From: a virus
Length of the DNA: 64,000 nt
Strand: one strand, 5' to 3'
IMG/VR virus record: IMGVR_UViG_3300025141_000021
The notes under the pieces are model-generated. The model was not told the origin of the DNA, ran no database searches, and worked only from the letters and a program-made list of their open reading frames with translations. This document shows, one piece after another, positions 1 through 9,206 of this stretch; positions within the stretch are counted from its first letter, which is position 1, and every line of letters begins with the position of its first letter. A program made the translations under genes and the position numbers.

Positions 1-1482
1 GAAGTTCGCGCCGCCTCGCAGCGTCTTGCGGTGGATCTGGGCAGAAATGTCGTTGATGGTTTCAACGAGAGTTTCATACCACTCACTAACCGTACCAGTG
101 AAGTCGGGAGTTGCCGTAGCCGCTCCAACCTCTCTACCAGTCTTCCGATAAACGAATTTACCAGCATGACGGCTCCAGTAGTACGTACCAGCACTTGCCA
201 GCTTGACGAGATCCTCTAGGATCTCTTGGTCAATCTCTAGAGCAATCTGCTCAGAAAGAATACTAGTAAGCTCAACCTCTGCATCGAGATTGTGATAAGC
301 ATTCAAGTCTTGACCAAGCTCTGGGCTCCACTTAGCCTTAAGCTTCTTCGTCATCGCAGTGACAGACACGCTGTCAACCTTGATGTCGATCTCGGGAATC
401 TGTTGATTAGTCTCAAGACCCCAAGTATCCTCGCCAACAACCGCTCCTAGAGCAGCATTCGAGCCGGCAGCAGGAGTTCCACTAAAGGGATCCATAACCG
501 GGAACGAAGCCCCTGAAAGGTTGTTACCGGCAGCGGCCGGAGTGCAAAGCGAAGACGAAAGCTGCGCTAGCGTCTCACTACCACTAGCGGCAAGAACGAA
601 TAACAGCCGGGTGCTATCGTTAGGATCGCGACGAGTTAGCCGTCGAACCTGAACACCAACACCTGTGCCTAGGCCTTTGTGGACCGAGCCAACAGCGTGG
701 GCGCGACCTATGTCATCACCCGTAGTGCCTAGCTTGATGCCAACGAGGTTCTCAACGTTCAGCGGCTTGCCGCTGACCCCCTCGAAATCGCTAGCAACAG
801 TCGAAATGACAGCACAGTTAGTACCGGAAAGATCCGGGTCATACTGAATAAGTCTATCCCCCAAGCTTGCGAGCGTTGCGTGGGCTGCACCAAGGTACGC
901 ACCAGCGTGACCCCAAGCGGTGCCACCACCAGCATCTGCGCCACCAGAACCAGTGACCACATATACATCAGTCTCGTTGTTCCAGTCAATGGTTACACTA
1001 GCAGTTGCATGTGAATAACCATTATTTAGGTTGTAGAAGCTCTTTTCGGCACCAAGGCCGGTGAGAGAGACACCACCTGTAATTTCCTGACCAACCCGGT
1101 TACCACCAAAGAGCGAATCTTGCTTATCAGCGCCCAATCGGCTATTGGTATGTTGGAAGTCCAGGAAGAAAATGAGACCACTAGGTAGACTCATGGGCTG
1201 AACGGATACAATCTCGTTAGCCACTAGCCCGCCGAATACACGACGAACAATGGGAAAAGCGACAGAAGCGAAACCTTCAACGTCGCCTGCGGCCATAGTA
1301 GAAGCCTCACGGAGAAGCTCTTTGGCCTGGTTTTCCAGAAGACGCGCCATGCTCTCGCGAGCCTGGTCATCACCGATACCTTCCAAAAGTCCAGTCTTTT
1401 CCCACTTGCTTAGTAGGGCGTTACCTTCTTTTGATAGATCACGATTAATGATGCCTTCTGTTAATTTTTCTAATACAGACAT
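1..1482 (-). CDS. Major capsid protein, T4 gp23-like (3' end off-window)
   Basis: Translated by hand: MSVLEKLTEG...KWEKTGLLEG...ARLLENQAKELLREAS...VAFPIVRRVFGGLVANEIVSVQPMSLPSGLIFFLDF...KKLKAKWSPELGQDLNAYHNLDAEVELTSILSEQIALEIDQEIL...QIHRKTLRGGANF. Shine-Dalgarno (SD) AAGGAGGT at 1493-1500. Absent from the ORF track because there is no stop in the window. Confidence 0.95.
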   Translation of the reverse strand, partial: MSVLEKLTEGIINRDLSKEGNALLSKWEKTGLLEGIGDDQARESMARLLENQAKELLREASTMAAGDVEGFASVAFPIVRRVFGGLVANEIVSVQPMSLPSGLIFFLDFQHTNSRLGADKQDSLFGGNRVGQEITGGVSLTGLGAEKSFYNLNNGYSHATASVTIDWNNETDVYVVTGSGGADAGGGTAWGHAGAYLGAAHATLASLGDRLIQYDPDLSGTNCAVISTVASDFEGVSGKPLNVENLVGIKLGTTGDDIGRAHAVGSVHKGLGTGVGVQVRRLTRRDPNDSTRLLFVLAASGSETLAQLSSSLCTPAAAGNNLSGASFPVMDPFSGTPAAGSNAALGAVVGEDTWGLETNQQIPEIDIKVDSVSVTAMTKKLKAKWSPELGQDLNAYHNLDAEVELTSILSEQIALEIDQEILEDLVKLASAGTYYWSRHAGKFVYRKTGREVGAATATPDFTGTVSEWYETLVETINDISAQIHRKTLRGGANF

Positions 1483-1510
1483 TTTTGTTTTTACCTCCTT
1501 TTAAGTTTTA

Positions 1511-2629
1511 TTATTTAACAAGTCCCGCCAAAACCTTCATTCGGTTATAAGCAGGGTCTGCCTTGCCGGTATCAGAATTTCTACGGCCTGATACCATTAG
1601 TGAGGAACTCTTAGTTACAGCTTCGCTCAGTGATTTTGGTCTTCTTCTGGAAGAAGTAGATCCCACCGTGCTTTGAAGCGTTTCATAAATAACTTTCGCT
1701 TCCTCAATTGTTCCGGCCTTTGTAATAGCTTCGACAAGTCTATCCTTTTGTCGCTCATTCAAGGAGGTATTGGTCAAAATCCGGTTTGTATAAAGTAACC
1801 TCGCGTTAGAAAGGTTAACTTTATCTAGATGTTCTTTAAGTGACACAATTGTGTCTTTGTATTTTTTGTTATTCTCGGAAACCTTTTGTAAATCAGTCTC
1901 CAATTTTGCAATTTGCTCAGCCAATTCATTATCTTCTGCTTCCTTTTCCTCAGCAGCGTCTTCTGCAATTGCTGCAACATCGCGTTGATAATTCAATTCA
2001 GTTTCAGATTTCTCAAGCCAACCAGACGAAGCTGGCTCCATGTCAATAGAAAGATCCTCGGCTAATTTATTTAAAAGCTCTGCCAACTCATCTTTCTCTA
2101 ATTCAGCCTCTTCATCTTCTTGTACGATCTCGGCGTCCTCAGAGGAGTTTTCTTCCGCATCTTCGTCTTCGCGAATACGATCAGCGTGCATGCGATTCTT
2201 TCCGACATCTCGATCTTCGTTGCCAGATCTCGCAGCTGCGCCGCCTTCCTGCAGGGCCATTTCCCCCGCAATTGCTTCTCTGTCCATCATATCGCTTGGC
2301 ATAGCTTCTCCTTTTTCTGCATCGATTTGTGCAGCTAGTGCATCAAAATCAATTTCAATTTCTTCGTCTTCATCCGGACAGGGGCAAAGATCTTCGCCTT
2401 CCATGGCCGCATCTGGTAACTGGTCGACAAACTCGCTTGGGGGCTCCACTTCTTCGCCGCCAACATCAGCAAATCCTTCTAATTCATCTTCTGGCTGCTC
2501 TAAAAGTGATTGAACTACTTCTTTGATTTCATTGGAGTATTTTTCAATAACCAAATTTTCCGCATTCTTTAATGCGGCTTCTTTAAGAGCGGTAGCATCA
2601 ATAATGGCTTGCTCAAGCATATGCGACAT
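1511..2629 (-). CDS. Prohead core scaffolding protein
   Basis: 372 aa, very acidic with a coiled-coil C-terminus (NLSNARLLYTNRIL...EAKVIYETL). Lies directly upstream of the capsid gene. SD AGGAG at 2636-2640. Confidence 0.8.
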   Translation of the reverse strand: MSHMLEQAIIDATALKEAALKNAENLVIEKYSNEIKEVVQSLLEQPEDELEGFADVGGEEVEPPSEFVDQLPDAAMEGEDLCPCPDEDEEIEIDFDALAAQIDAEKGEAMPSDMMDREAIAGEMALQEGGAAARSGNEDRDVGKNRMHADRIREDEDAEENSSEDAEIVQEDEEAELEKDELAELLNKLAEDLSIDMEPASSGWLEKSETELNYQRDVAAIAEDAAEEKEAEDNELAEQIAKLETDLQKVSENNKKYKDTIVSLKEHLDKVNLSNARLLYTNRILTNTSLNERQKDRLVEAITKAGTIEEAKVIYETLQSTVGSTSSRRRPKSLSEAVTKSSSLMVSGRRNSDTGKADPAYNRMKVLAGLVK

Positions 2630-2666
2630 AATTTTCTCCTAATTGTAAAATCTTATACGTCAAGAA

Positions 2667-2674
2667 TAAATAGT
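2667..2674 (-). promoter_or_regulatory. ACTATTTA late-promoter-like motif upstream of scaffold/capsid
   Basis: One copy of a motif that recurs in intergenic gaps; 37 nt before the ATG. Confidence 0.55.
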
Positions 2675-2722
2675 ATCGAAAACATTGAAAAGACTGCTTA
2701 ATATCCATAAAGTTAGTTCGCA

Positions 2723-5700
2723 TTATTCTTCCTGCGCCTCGTATGCGGTAAACAGGACCCATTGGGCGCCGTCGCATATTAAGCCAACTGTTGCACCGCC
2801 ATGCGTCATCGTATAACCTAAGCCATGATTGACCAGTTCGTCATTATCACCATCAATAACAAGGTGGCTATCATTATTAGACATATTCGCAAAATGATAC
2901 ATCCTACCAGTCTTCCCAGAAACCGCAGGAAGTGATGCCGTGGCTGCGCTGGTGCCTTCAAATATGATGAAGAAGTGGTTATCGCCCACATCGATATCCA
3001 CGCTTGTTGCGGTAACTGCAGCTGACTGGGCTTTTTGAGCGTTAAACGTTCCGTGTACAAGGGAGGAGCCAGTAACAGTCATTCCAGCTTGAATTGCTAG
3101 AGTTTGAGCCTGAACGGCGGCGGATCCTGTAACATTTTGTTGCACTGTTAAACTTTGAGCAGAAAGTCCTCCAGCACCAGACATAGCAGTTGAAATGCTG
3201 AATGAGTCCGCGGTAATAGTGCCAGAAACGTTTAGCGCACCAGATACAAAAGCTGCTTTTTGAACTAGTAGGGTTCCGGTCAAATCTATACTGCTGTCGC
3301 AAACTATGCCGCCAACAACAGATAAACCGGCTGCGCCGCTGATTTGGCCATCTGTTGTTAAAGTTTGAGCAGAAAGTCCTCCAGCACCAGACATAGCAGT
3401 TAGAGATAATAATGATGTGGCTGTAGCAGCACCGGAAACATTTAGAGCACCAGATACAAAAGCTGCCTTTTGAACCAACAAGGTACCCGTCATATCTATA
3501 TTGTTTGAAATAATCAATCCACCAACGAAAATGCCCCCGACCGAAGAAGACAGGGTGCTGCCGTCAAATAGAAGATTTGCTTCACCATTAATGGTGTCGC
3601 TATCAACTGATGTTAAGATCCTATTATTTCCGTTATTATTATAATTTGCTACCGCTCCGCCGCCTCCTCCTCCAGCAAGCAAGTTTGTTGCTGAGCCGCC
3701 ATCGGTCTTGAAATACAGGACATCGCTAGTAACATATATAGCGCCATAGCCACTAGCCGGCGTTGCTGCTGCGCCTCCATCTGCTAACAATATCCCTTTA
3801 GAAGTAAGAGCGCCGGATACATTTAATGCTCCAGATACAAAGCCCGCCTTTTGGACCAATAAAGTTCCTGACATATCAATGTTACTGTCGCCAACTATGC
3901 CACCAACAACAGATAAACCGGCTGAGCCACTGATTTGTCCATCTGTTGTTAAAGTTTGAGCAGAAGCTCCTCCAGCGCCAGACATAGCAGTTAAAGAGAT
4001 TAATGATGTGACTGTGGCAGCACCGGTAACGTTTAGAGCGCCAGAAACAAAAGCTGCGCCTGAAAGTTCAAGATCGCCACTGAAACTAGCTGGGCCGGCA
4101 ATCATTAAACCAGCAGAGCTAGAAATAGTGCCAACAACAGATAATGGAGCGGTGGGTGTGTTCGTGCGGATCCCGACACGACCAGAGCCCGTTGCAAAAA
4201 GAACTGAGCCAAGGGCTTTTCCGTCGACTTCAAATAACTTTTCGCCGGCTAGTGATTCAGTTGAAGATGAAACGTGGAGGAGAGACTGAGGGGAGGCGGT
4301 GCCAATGCCGACGTAGCCGGAATCTAAAATGGTTAAATCTGTCGAGCCGTCGTCATTCTTAAAAGTGTATCCAGTATAGCCGGCCTGATTTCCTTGAAAA
4401 TCTAAAAATCCAGTGCTACTATTTCGTCCAATTTTGTAGTAGTTGATGGAGTTGCCGAGGCGCAGTTGATCGGAGGAAGCACCGCCGACAATGTCTAGGG
4501 TGGTGGCCGGGGTGTCGGTGCCTATACCGACACGGCCGGAACCGGTTACAAAGAGAACCGTTCCGTTCGTCGCGCCGTCGACCGACAGAAGCGCTTCATC
4601 CCCGGAAGAGGAAACGTGCAAGCTTGCGCTTGGGAACTGAGTACCAATGCCGACATTTCCGCCGGGTTGATCAAAGTAGTAGCCAATACCCCCCATGGTG
4701 CCAGAAATCTGGAAGTCCGTGTAGCCGTGTTGAAGGCTAATCTGATTATAACCACCGAAAGCCCCGACCGACATGTAGTAATCCGTATCGGCAACAGTAG
4801 TACCGAACCTGATCGACGGGCCATTGGCGGGCAGAAGCTCTATGACTTTTGAATCTGATTCTACAAGAAGACTGGCATCACTTATCGACCCAGAAACATG
4901 GAACTTTCTCGCAGGACTCTCGGTACCGATGCCAACTTTATCATTGCCGGCATCAACAAAAAGCATATTAGGGTTGCCGTCTGATTCTACACGGAAATCG
5001 CAGTCAACACTATCATCATTGACTACAACTTCACATGCCGTGCTATTTGCCACATCCTCGCCACCAACTGAAAGAAGGTTCTTTAGCCCCGCAGTACCAG
5101 CGGTTCCTCCCGCTAGCGCCTTAATGGTGAGTTTTCCGCCCTCATCATTATTTGTGATATCAGATGCAATTGCCTCTATTTTCACATAATCTGTTTCAGC
5201 ATCTCCACTGTCTTTACCTCTGAAGGTGACAGTACCAAGAGACATATCGTCTGCTTCGGTGTCGCTATCAGTTCTGTGGAAAGCCAATATTGGGGGTTTG
5301 TCGGTAGCAACATTGGATGTTCGAAGTTCAAGTAACGGATTTGTGTCTGCTGCCGTTGTTTCAATCAAAACAGTTTGGCCAATGCTGCTAGCTATGGCGT
5401 CATTCACAACATAGAGTGCGCGTGTGCCGACGGCTTCGGAAGCATCGTTTGTGATTTGCATCAGTGTTCTGCTGCTAGTATCGTCCGAGTTTGAAGTTAT
5501 ATTAAATGCTTTGCCTGATGTTAGCGAGTCGGCCTGTATACCAGCGATGGTAGAGGCTGCGGCGGCTGTGTTGATAACCAAGCCATTCGAAGTAACATTA
5601 CCTGACACATTTAGAGCACCGGATATAAAACCTGCCTTTTGGACAAGCAAGGTGCCTGATATATCGGCATTCTTTGAAACATTTATCCCAGTCTCGTTAG

Positions 5701-6922
5701 AAGTAAATCCAGAGCCACTAATTTTATTAGTTACTGAGAAAGCTCCGTGGTGAACGCTGGAACCAGTGATGGTCATGCCAGCTTGAATTGCTAAAGTTTG
5801 CGCTTGTACAGCCGCGGCTCCTGTAACATTTTGCTGTACTGTTAGGCTTTGGCCAGATATTCCACCAGCACCAGACATAGCGGTTGTAGATATCAATGCT
5901 GTAGCTGTTGCGGCGCCGGTTACATTTAGTGCACCAGATATAAATAATGATTCACCAATTATAACATCAGCAGCCATGCTTGCGGCGCCGGTTACATTAA
6001 GTGCGCCTGAAAGTAAAAGACTGCCATCAGAAAGGATGGAGCCAGTGCTATTAACTGCTTTGGCTGTTACTGCGCCGGTTACATTTAGAGCACCAGAAAC
6101 AAAAGCTGACTCACCGATTATAACATCAGCAGCCAAGCTTGCGGCGCCGGTTACATTTAGTGCGCCTGAAAGGAGAAGTCCACCATAAATCTGTGCTGAG
6201 CCGCTAGTGTGAACATTACCAGTAACGTTAAGTGCTTTGTTCAAAGACATAGCACTTTCAGCATGGCCCCAAACAAACCGCGCTTCATCACCCGGAGGGC
6301 CAGAGGAAGTTCCGCCAATTTGCATGCCACCACCAGCCGCGTTGGCAGAAGTAGTGCCAGAAGCGACGAGAATCAATTTGTCTACAACCTCTAAAGTTGT
6401 TTCAGTAACTGTTACGCTGTTAATATTGGTAACGTCAAGTTCTGTGAAATATCCATGAGTTGCGGTAATAGTTCCCGTTACATTTAATGCGCCAGAAATG
6501 AAAGCCGATTCATTAACAATGAGATCAGAAGCCAGGGTAGTGGTTCCAGTTACATTTAGCGCACCAGAAACAAGAAGGCTTCCATCGGAACGGAATGCGC
6601 CAGTGGTGGTAACTCCCTTGGAGGTTATGGCGCCAGTTACATTTAGCGCGCCAGAAACAAAGACAGATTTATCAACTTCTAAAGTGCCAGAAGTCGCTAC
6701 ATTAGAACTAAAATCAATGAGACCGCCGACATTTAAGCCATACGAGCCAGACAGTTTGCCTTTAAGCGCAAGTACAGTGCCAGAACCGCCAGAAGAGCCT
6801 GTCGTTAGGGTAAAGTCGGAACTACCTGAAAATACATCGTAAGTTCTATATTGTACTGATTTATGAGGCCCGCCGGCTGAACTGGTTCCGTTCGAATCTA
6901 TGTATGCCCAGCTTAATGTCAT
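2723..6922 (-). CDS. Long repeat-rich fibre protein (head or tail fibre)
   Basis: 1399 aa, rich in G/S/A/T/V. Twelve SGALNV[TS]G repeats, several VGIGT..P...LHV modules, an NNGNNRILT...GEANLLFDG linker and a compact C-terminal tip-like domain. Confidence 0.75.
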   Translation of the reverse strand: MTLSWAYIDSNGTSSAGGPHKSVQYRTYDVFSGSSDFTLTTGSSGGSGTVLALKGKLSGSYGLNVGGLIDFSSNVATSGTLEVDKSVFVSGALNVTGAITSKGVTTTGAFRSDGSLLVSGALNVTGTTTLASDLIVNESAFISGALNVTGTITATHGYFTELDVTNINSVTVTETTLEVVDKLILVASGTTSANAAGGGMQIGGTSSGPPGDEARFVWGHAESAMSLNKALNVTGNVHTSGSAQIYGGLLLSGALNVTGAASLAADVIIGESAFVSGALNVTGAVTAKAVNSTGSILSDGSLLLSGALNVTGAASMAADVIIGESLFISGALNVTGAATATALISTTAMSGAGGISGQSLTVQQNVTGAAAVQAQTLAIQAGMTITGSSVHHGAFSVTNKISGSGFTSNETGINVSKNADISGTLLVQKAGFISGALNVSGNVTSNGLVINTAAAASTIAGIQADSLTSGKAFNITSNSDDTSSRTLMQITNDASEAVGTRALYVVNDAIASSIGQTVLIETTAADTNPLLELRTSNVATDKPPILAFHRTDSDTEADDMSLGTVTFRGKDSGDAETDYVKIEAIASDITNNDEGGKLTIKALAGGTAGTAGLKNLLSVGGEDVANSTACEVVVNDDSVDCDFRVESDGNPNMLFVDAGNDKVGIGTESPARKFHVSGSISDASLLVESDSKVIELLPANGPSIRFGTTVADTDYYMSVGAFGGYNQISLQHGYTDFQISGTMGGIGYYFDQPGGNVGIGTQFPSASLHVSSSGDEALLSVDGATNGTVLFVTGSGRVGIGTDTPATTLDIVGGASSDQLRLGNSINYYKIGRNSSTGFLDFQGNQAGYTGYTFKNDDGSTDLTILDSGYVGIGTASPQSLLHVSSSTESLAGEKLFEVDGKALGSVLFATGSGRVGIRTNTPTAPLSVVGTISSSAGLMIAGPASFSGDLELSGAAFVSGALNVTGAATVTSLISLTAMSGAGGASAQTLTTDGQISGSAGLSVVGGIVGDSNIDMSGTLLVQKAGFVSGALNVSGALTSKGILLADGGAAATPASGYGAIYVTSDVLYFKTDGGSATNLLAGGGGGGAVANYNNNGNNRILTSVDSDTINGEANLLFDGSTLSSSVGGIFVGGLIISNNIDMTGTLLVQKAAFVSGALNVSGAATATSLLSLTAMSGAGGLSAQTLTTDGQISGAAGLSVVGGIVCDSSIDLTGTLLVQKAAFVSGALNVSGTITADSFSISTAMSGAGGLSAQSLTVQQNVTGSAAVQAQTLAIQAGMTVTGSSLVHGTFNAQKAQSAAVTATSVDIDVGDNHFFIIFEGTSAATASLPAVSGKTGRMYHFANMSNNDSHLVIDGDNDELVNHGLGYTMTHGGATVGLICDGAQWVLFTAYEAQEE
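3220..6660 (-). repeat. Dispersed intragenic SGALNV[TS]G repeats and larger internal duplications
   Basis: 12 peptide copies counted. Near-identical DNA blocks include tttgagcagaaagtcctccagcaccagacatagcagtt (~3153 and ~3364), ccaacaacagataaaccggct (~3313 and ~3903) and gcttgaattgcta.agtttg (~3087 and ~5781). Confidence 0.9.
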
Positions 6923-6938
6923 ATATCATTCCTCATTC

Positions 6939-7385
6939 CTAGCTCGTCGGCGGCGTTATCTGATAATAGTAATATGCTACCCTCACAACACCGGCGCTCG
7001 GGGTAGCATTGTGTGTTATTACTAGATCTGTAGCCGAATGAAAAGTAATATTGCCGCCGCCGCCGGTGACGGCTGTACTATCTGCTGCTTCAATTTCGCC
7101 ATCTCCGAAATCCTGGTTGCCGTCGGCTGAGCCGGCAAATTGATTTGCATTATTCGTATGGCCAATCTTTTTTATAAATGCATTATTAGTAATTGCAGTA
7201 GTGACCCTGATACTAATTGCAACCGGAACGCTATTAGCAGGAAAAAAGTTGCTATCCTCGGTCGTTGCGTCACTAGTGCTACAGGTAATTTCCTCTTCCT
7301 TGACCCTTAACGCGCAAACAGATCCATTATCTGTAGAAAGATCTCCGCCTGAACCAAATTTATTTCCACCTGAACCAAAAGCCAT
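6939..7385 (-). CDS. Small beta-rich virion protein (decoration/spike-base-like), hypothetical
   Basis: 148-aa ORF abutting the fibre gene. Composition and position suggest a structural role. Confidence 0.5.
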   Translation of the reverse strand: MAFGSGGNKFGSGGDLSTDNGSVCALRVKEEEITCSTSDATTEDSNFFPANSVPVAISIRVTTAITNNAFIKKIGHTNNANQFAGSADGNQDFGDGEIEAADSTAVTGGGGNITFHSATDLVITHNATPSAGVVRVAYYYYQITPPTS

Positions 7386-7388
7386 ATC

Positions 7389-7832
7389 TTATATCTCCGG
7401 TACCGTTAGGGCACCATCCTGAAGGGGGCCAACCGAAGTTAGTCCGGATCCAGTAAGTCCAAACATTGAGCCGGTATGAATTCTTGTTAATTCAGCCGCG
7501 ATTCTATAACTAGCGTTTCCGCCATTACCCGCGGGTGCAGAAATATAAATCTCAGAACATTTAACATTAAACGTGAAAGAGTCTTCATCACTATCCAGTT
7601 CAACATAGTGTAGGCCGTTGACGACATGTCCAGAGCTGGTTGAATTAAAGTGAACTCTTATATCGTTAGCACTATGATTTATAACCGTTACGGATCTCGC
7701 AACAAATGGGAATCCGTATCTATATTCTTGACCCGCACCAAGCGCTGCGGAACCGGTAATAAACGGTACACCCGATACTTGATAAGATCCTACATTGTTA
7801 AGGCCGACGCCATATGATTTCCATTCCGACAT
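7389..7832 (-). CDS. Small beta-rich virion protein, hypothetical
   Basis: 147 aa, SD GGAG at 7841-7844, preceded by the ACTATTTA motif. Confidence 0.55.
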   Translation of the reverse strand: MSEWKSYGVGLNNVGSYQVSGVPFITGSAALGAGQEYRYGFPFVARSVTVINHSANDIRVHFNSTSSGHVVNGLHYVELDSDEDSFTFNVKCSEIYISAPAGNGGNASYRIAAELTRIHTGSMFGLTGSGLTSVGPLQDGALTVPEI

Positions 7833-7862
7833 TTATAATTCTCCAATAATCTTCATCTATTC

Positions 7863-7870
7863 TAAATAGT
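7863..7870 (-). promoter_or_regulatory. ACTATTTA motif
   Basis: 30 nt upstream of ATG 7832. Confidence 0.55.
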
Positions 7871-7889
7871 TGCTTTTTCTAGAAAGAGC

Positions 7890-8093
7890 CTATTGTTGTT
7901 TCTCCTGATATCGACGAGAATTCTCTTTTCTTCTTTTTCTCATTCTTTTTCTTTTAACAGAAGGCTTTTCATAACGCATATGCTCTTTCGCAGCTTCTAG
8001 TATTCGCTTCTTTTTAACCTTTTTCGTGAATCTCCTGATTAATTTCTCTGGGTGTTCTCCGCGGTGCGCTCGTACAACAATATTAACAGCCAT
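7890..8093 (-). CDS. rpsU: Phage-encoded ribosomal protein bS21
   Basis: From ATG 8093: MAVNIVVRAHRGEHPEKLIRRFTKKVKKKRILEAAKEHMRYEKPSVKRKRMRKRRK. This fits the bS21 pattern (L+RF++....G/I...+.+..YEKPS.+R++). The start follows the upstream TAG by 1 nt. Confidence 0.85.
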   Translation of the reverse strand: MAVNIVVRAHRGEHPEKLIRRFTKKVKKKRILEAAKEHMRYEKPSVKRKRMRKRRKENSRRYQEKQQ

Positions 8094-8094
8094 T

Positions 8095-8526
8095 CTACGC
8101 CAATTCTTTCCACTTCCCACCAGAAATATTCATAATCCCACTTATGTCTACTCCTGAATCTCCCGGATCAATACCAGTCAATGGGCCGCCAGGGGCTGCA
8201 GCCTGACCAGGCCGGCCGGCGCCGGGTGTAGGAGTTGTGTTTTCAAATAAATCAACTCCATTAAAAGCATCTTTGCCAATTACATCCAGCATCTTTCGCC
8301 TTGTCTCTGTTAACTTTTGTTTTATTTCTCTCTTTTCTTTCGTTCTTTCAACTGGTTTGTTTGTAGCTACAGTAGGGGCCGCAACTTGTTCAACAAGTGG
8401 AGCCGCTCCTATTCCTTTAACCACTTCTGCAATAATTCCAGACAATGCACCTTCTTCGAAAATTACTTCTTTGATGCATTCTTTAATCAGTGGTTTTAAA
8501 ACTTTCTTAAGTTCTTCACGCTTCAT
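8095..8526 (-). CDS. Hypothetical protein with leader-like N-terminus (MKREELKKVLKPLIKECIKEVIFEE)
   Basis: 143-aa ORF between the protease and bS21. Confidence 0.65.
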   Translation of the reverse strand: MKREELKKVLKPLIKECIKEVIFEEGALSGIIAEVVKGIGAAPLVEQVAAPTVATNKPVERTKEKREIKQKLTETRRKMLDVIGKDAFNGVDLFENTTPTPGAGRPGQAAAPGGPLTGIDPGDSGVDISGIMNISGGKWKELA

Positions 8527-8528
8527 AA

Positions 8529-9134
8529 TTACCTTTCAGTATTTCTCAAAATATCATTTAACGCACGGTTAATACGATCTGCCTTTGTAAAAATATTTGG
8601 CTCTTTGCTTTCTTTCATCATAAACGCACCAGTCGTTGAAGGCTCAGAAACAAAGTCGAAACATATTAATTGAAAATCATCTTCAACTATTGTTTGCCCA
8701 TTACTTTCTTGTACAGAACCCATCCCGCGAGAGGAGATACCCAACTTAACGCCGGAACTAACAAGCTCTTTTAAAACTTTTCCAGAAGGCGTATTAAGAA
8801 CCTGAACTTTTCCCATTACATCTTTGCCGTCCCACCAAACTTCAGTAACAAGGTGTGACGCATTCTTAAGATTGATGACAGAGTCTTCGGGATGGTCTAA
8901 CTCTCCCAAAGCTCTGCGTTCTTTAACAAGTTTATCATAATTTTGCATTTCCCTCATAAGAATTTTATGAGGATATATCCGACCATTTCCATTTTGCACA
9001 TCAGATCGTTGCATAATTCCGGAAAGAATCGTACCACCATTAGCGACAAATGCCTTCTCGTGCTCGGTTAGCAAGTCTTGACATACTCCACCTTCACAAA
9101 GTTCATAATATTCAGTTAATAATAACTTGGGCAT
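8529..9134 (-). CDS. Prohead protease, T4 gp21-like
   Basis: Motifs GIMQRSDVQNGNGRIYP, LGELDHP, GISSRGMGS, FDFVSEPST.GA. ATG 9134 is preferred over TTG 9140. Confidence 0.92.
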   Translation of the reverse strand: MPKLLLTEYYELCEGGVCQDLLTEHEKAFVANGGTILSGIMQRSDVQNGNGRIYPHKILMREMQNYDKLVKERRALGELDHPEDSVINLKNASHLVTEVWWDGKDVMGKVQVLNTPSGKVLKELVSSGVKLGISSRGMGSVQESNGQTIVEDDFQLICFDFVSEPSTTGAFMMKESKEPNIFTKADRINRALNDILRNTER

Positions 9135-9136
9135 AG

Positions 9137-9187
9137 TCAAGAACCTTTACAACAATGCCGTACTGGCTGTAACATCCATTTTTTCAT
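9137..9187 (-). CDS. 16-aa small ORF MKKWMLQPVRHCCKGS
   Basis: SD GGAGGTG at 9195-9201, 7 nt from ATG 9187. Its TGA ends 2 nt before the protease ATG. It fills an otherwise empty gap. Confidence 0.55.
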   Translation of the reverse strand: MKKWMLQPVRHCCKGS

Positions 9188-9206
9188 AGCAACACACCTC
9201 CAAACA

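Noticed and set aside
31-1504. Short plus-strand ORFs and the 759..989 minus-strand ORF
   Set aside because: Shadows of the capsid gene, which occupies 1..1482 on the minus strand.
2614-2710. ~30-codon ORF in the gap upstream of the scaffold
   Set aside because: No SD, and it runs through the promoter-like motif and the scaffold ribosome-binding site.
3060-6700. Possible diversity-generating retroelement template/variable repeat pair
   Set aside because: Differences between copies are not adenine-specific, all copies are in-frame in one gene, and no reverse transcriptase is present in the window.
7871-7889. Hairpin gctttttctagaaagagc after bS21 as a terminator
   Set aside because: Short, mismatched, AT-rich stem with no convincing U-tract.
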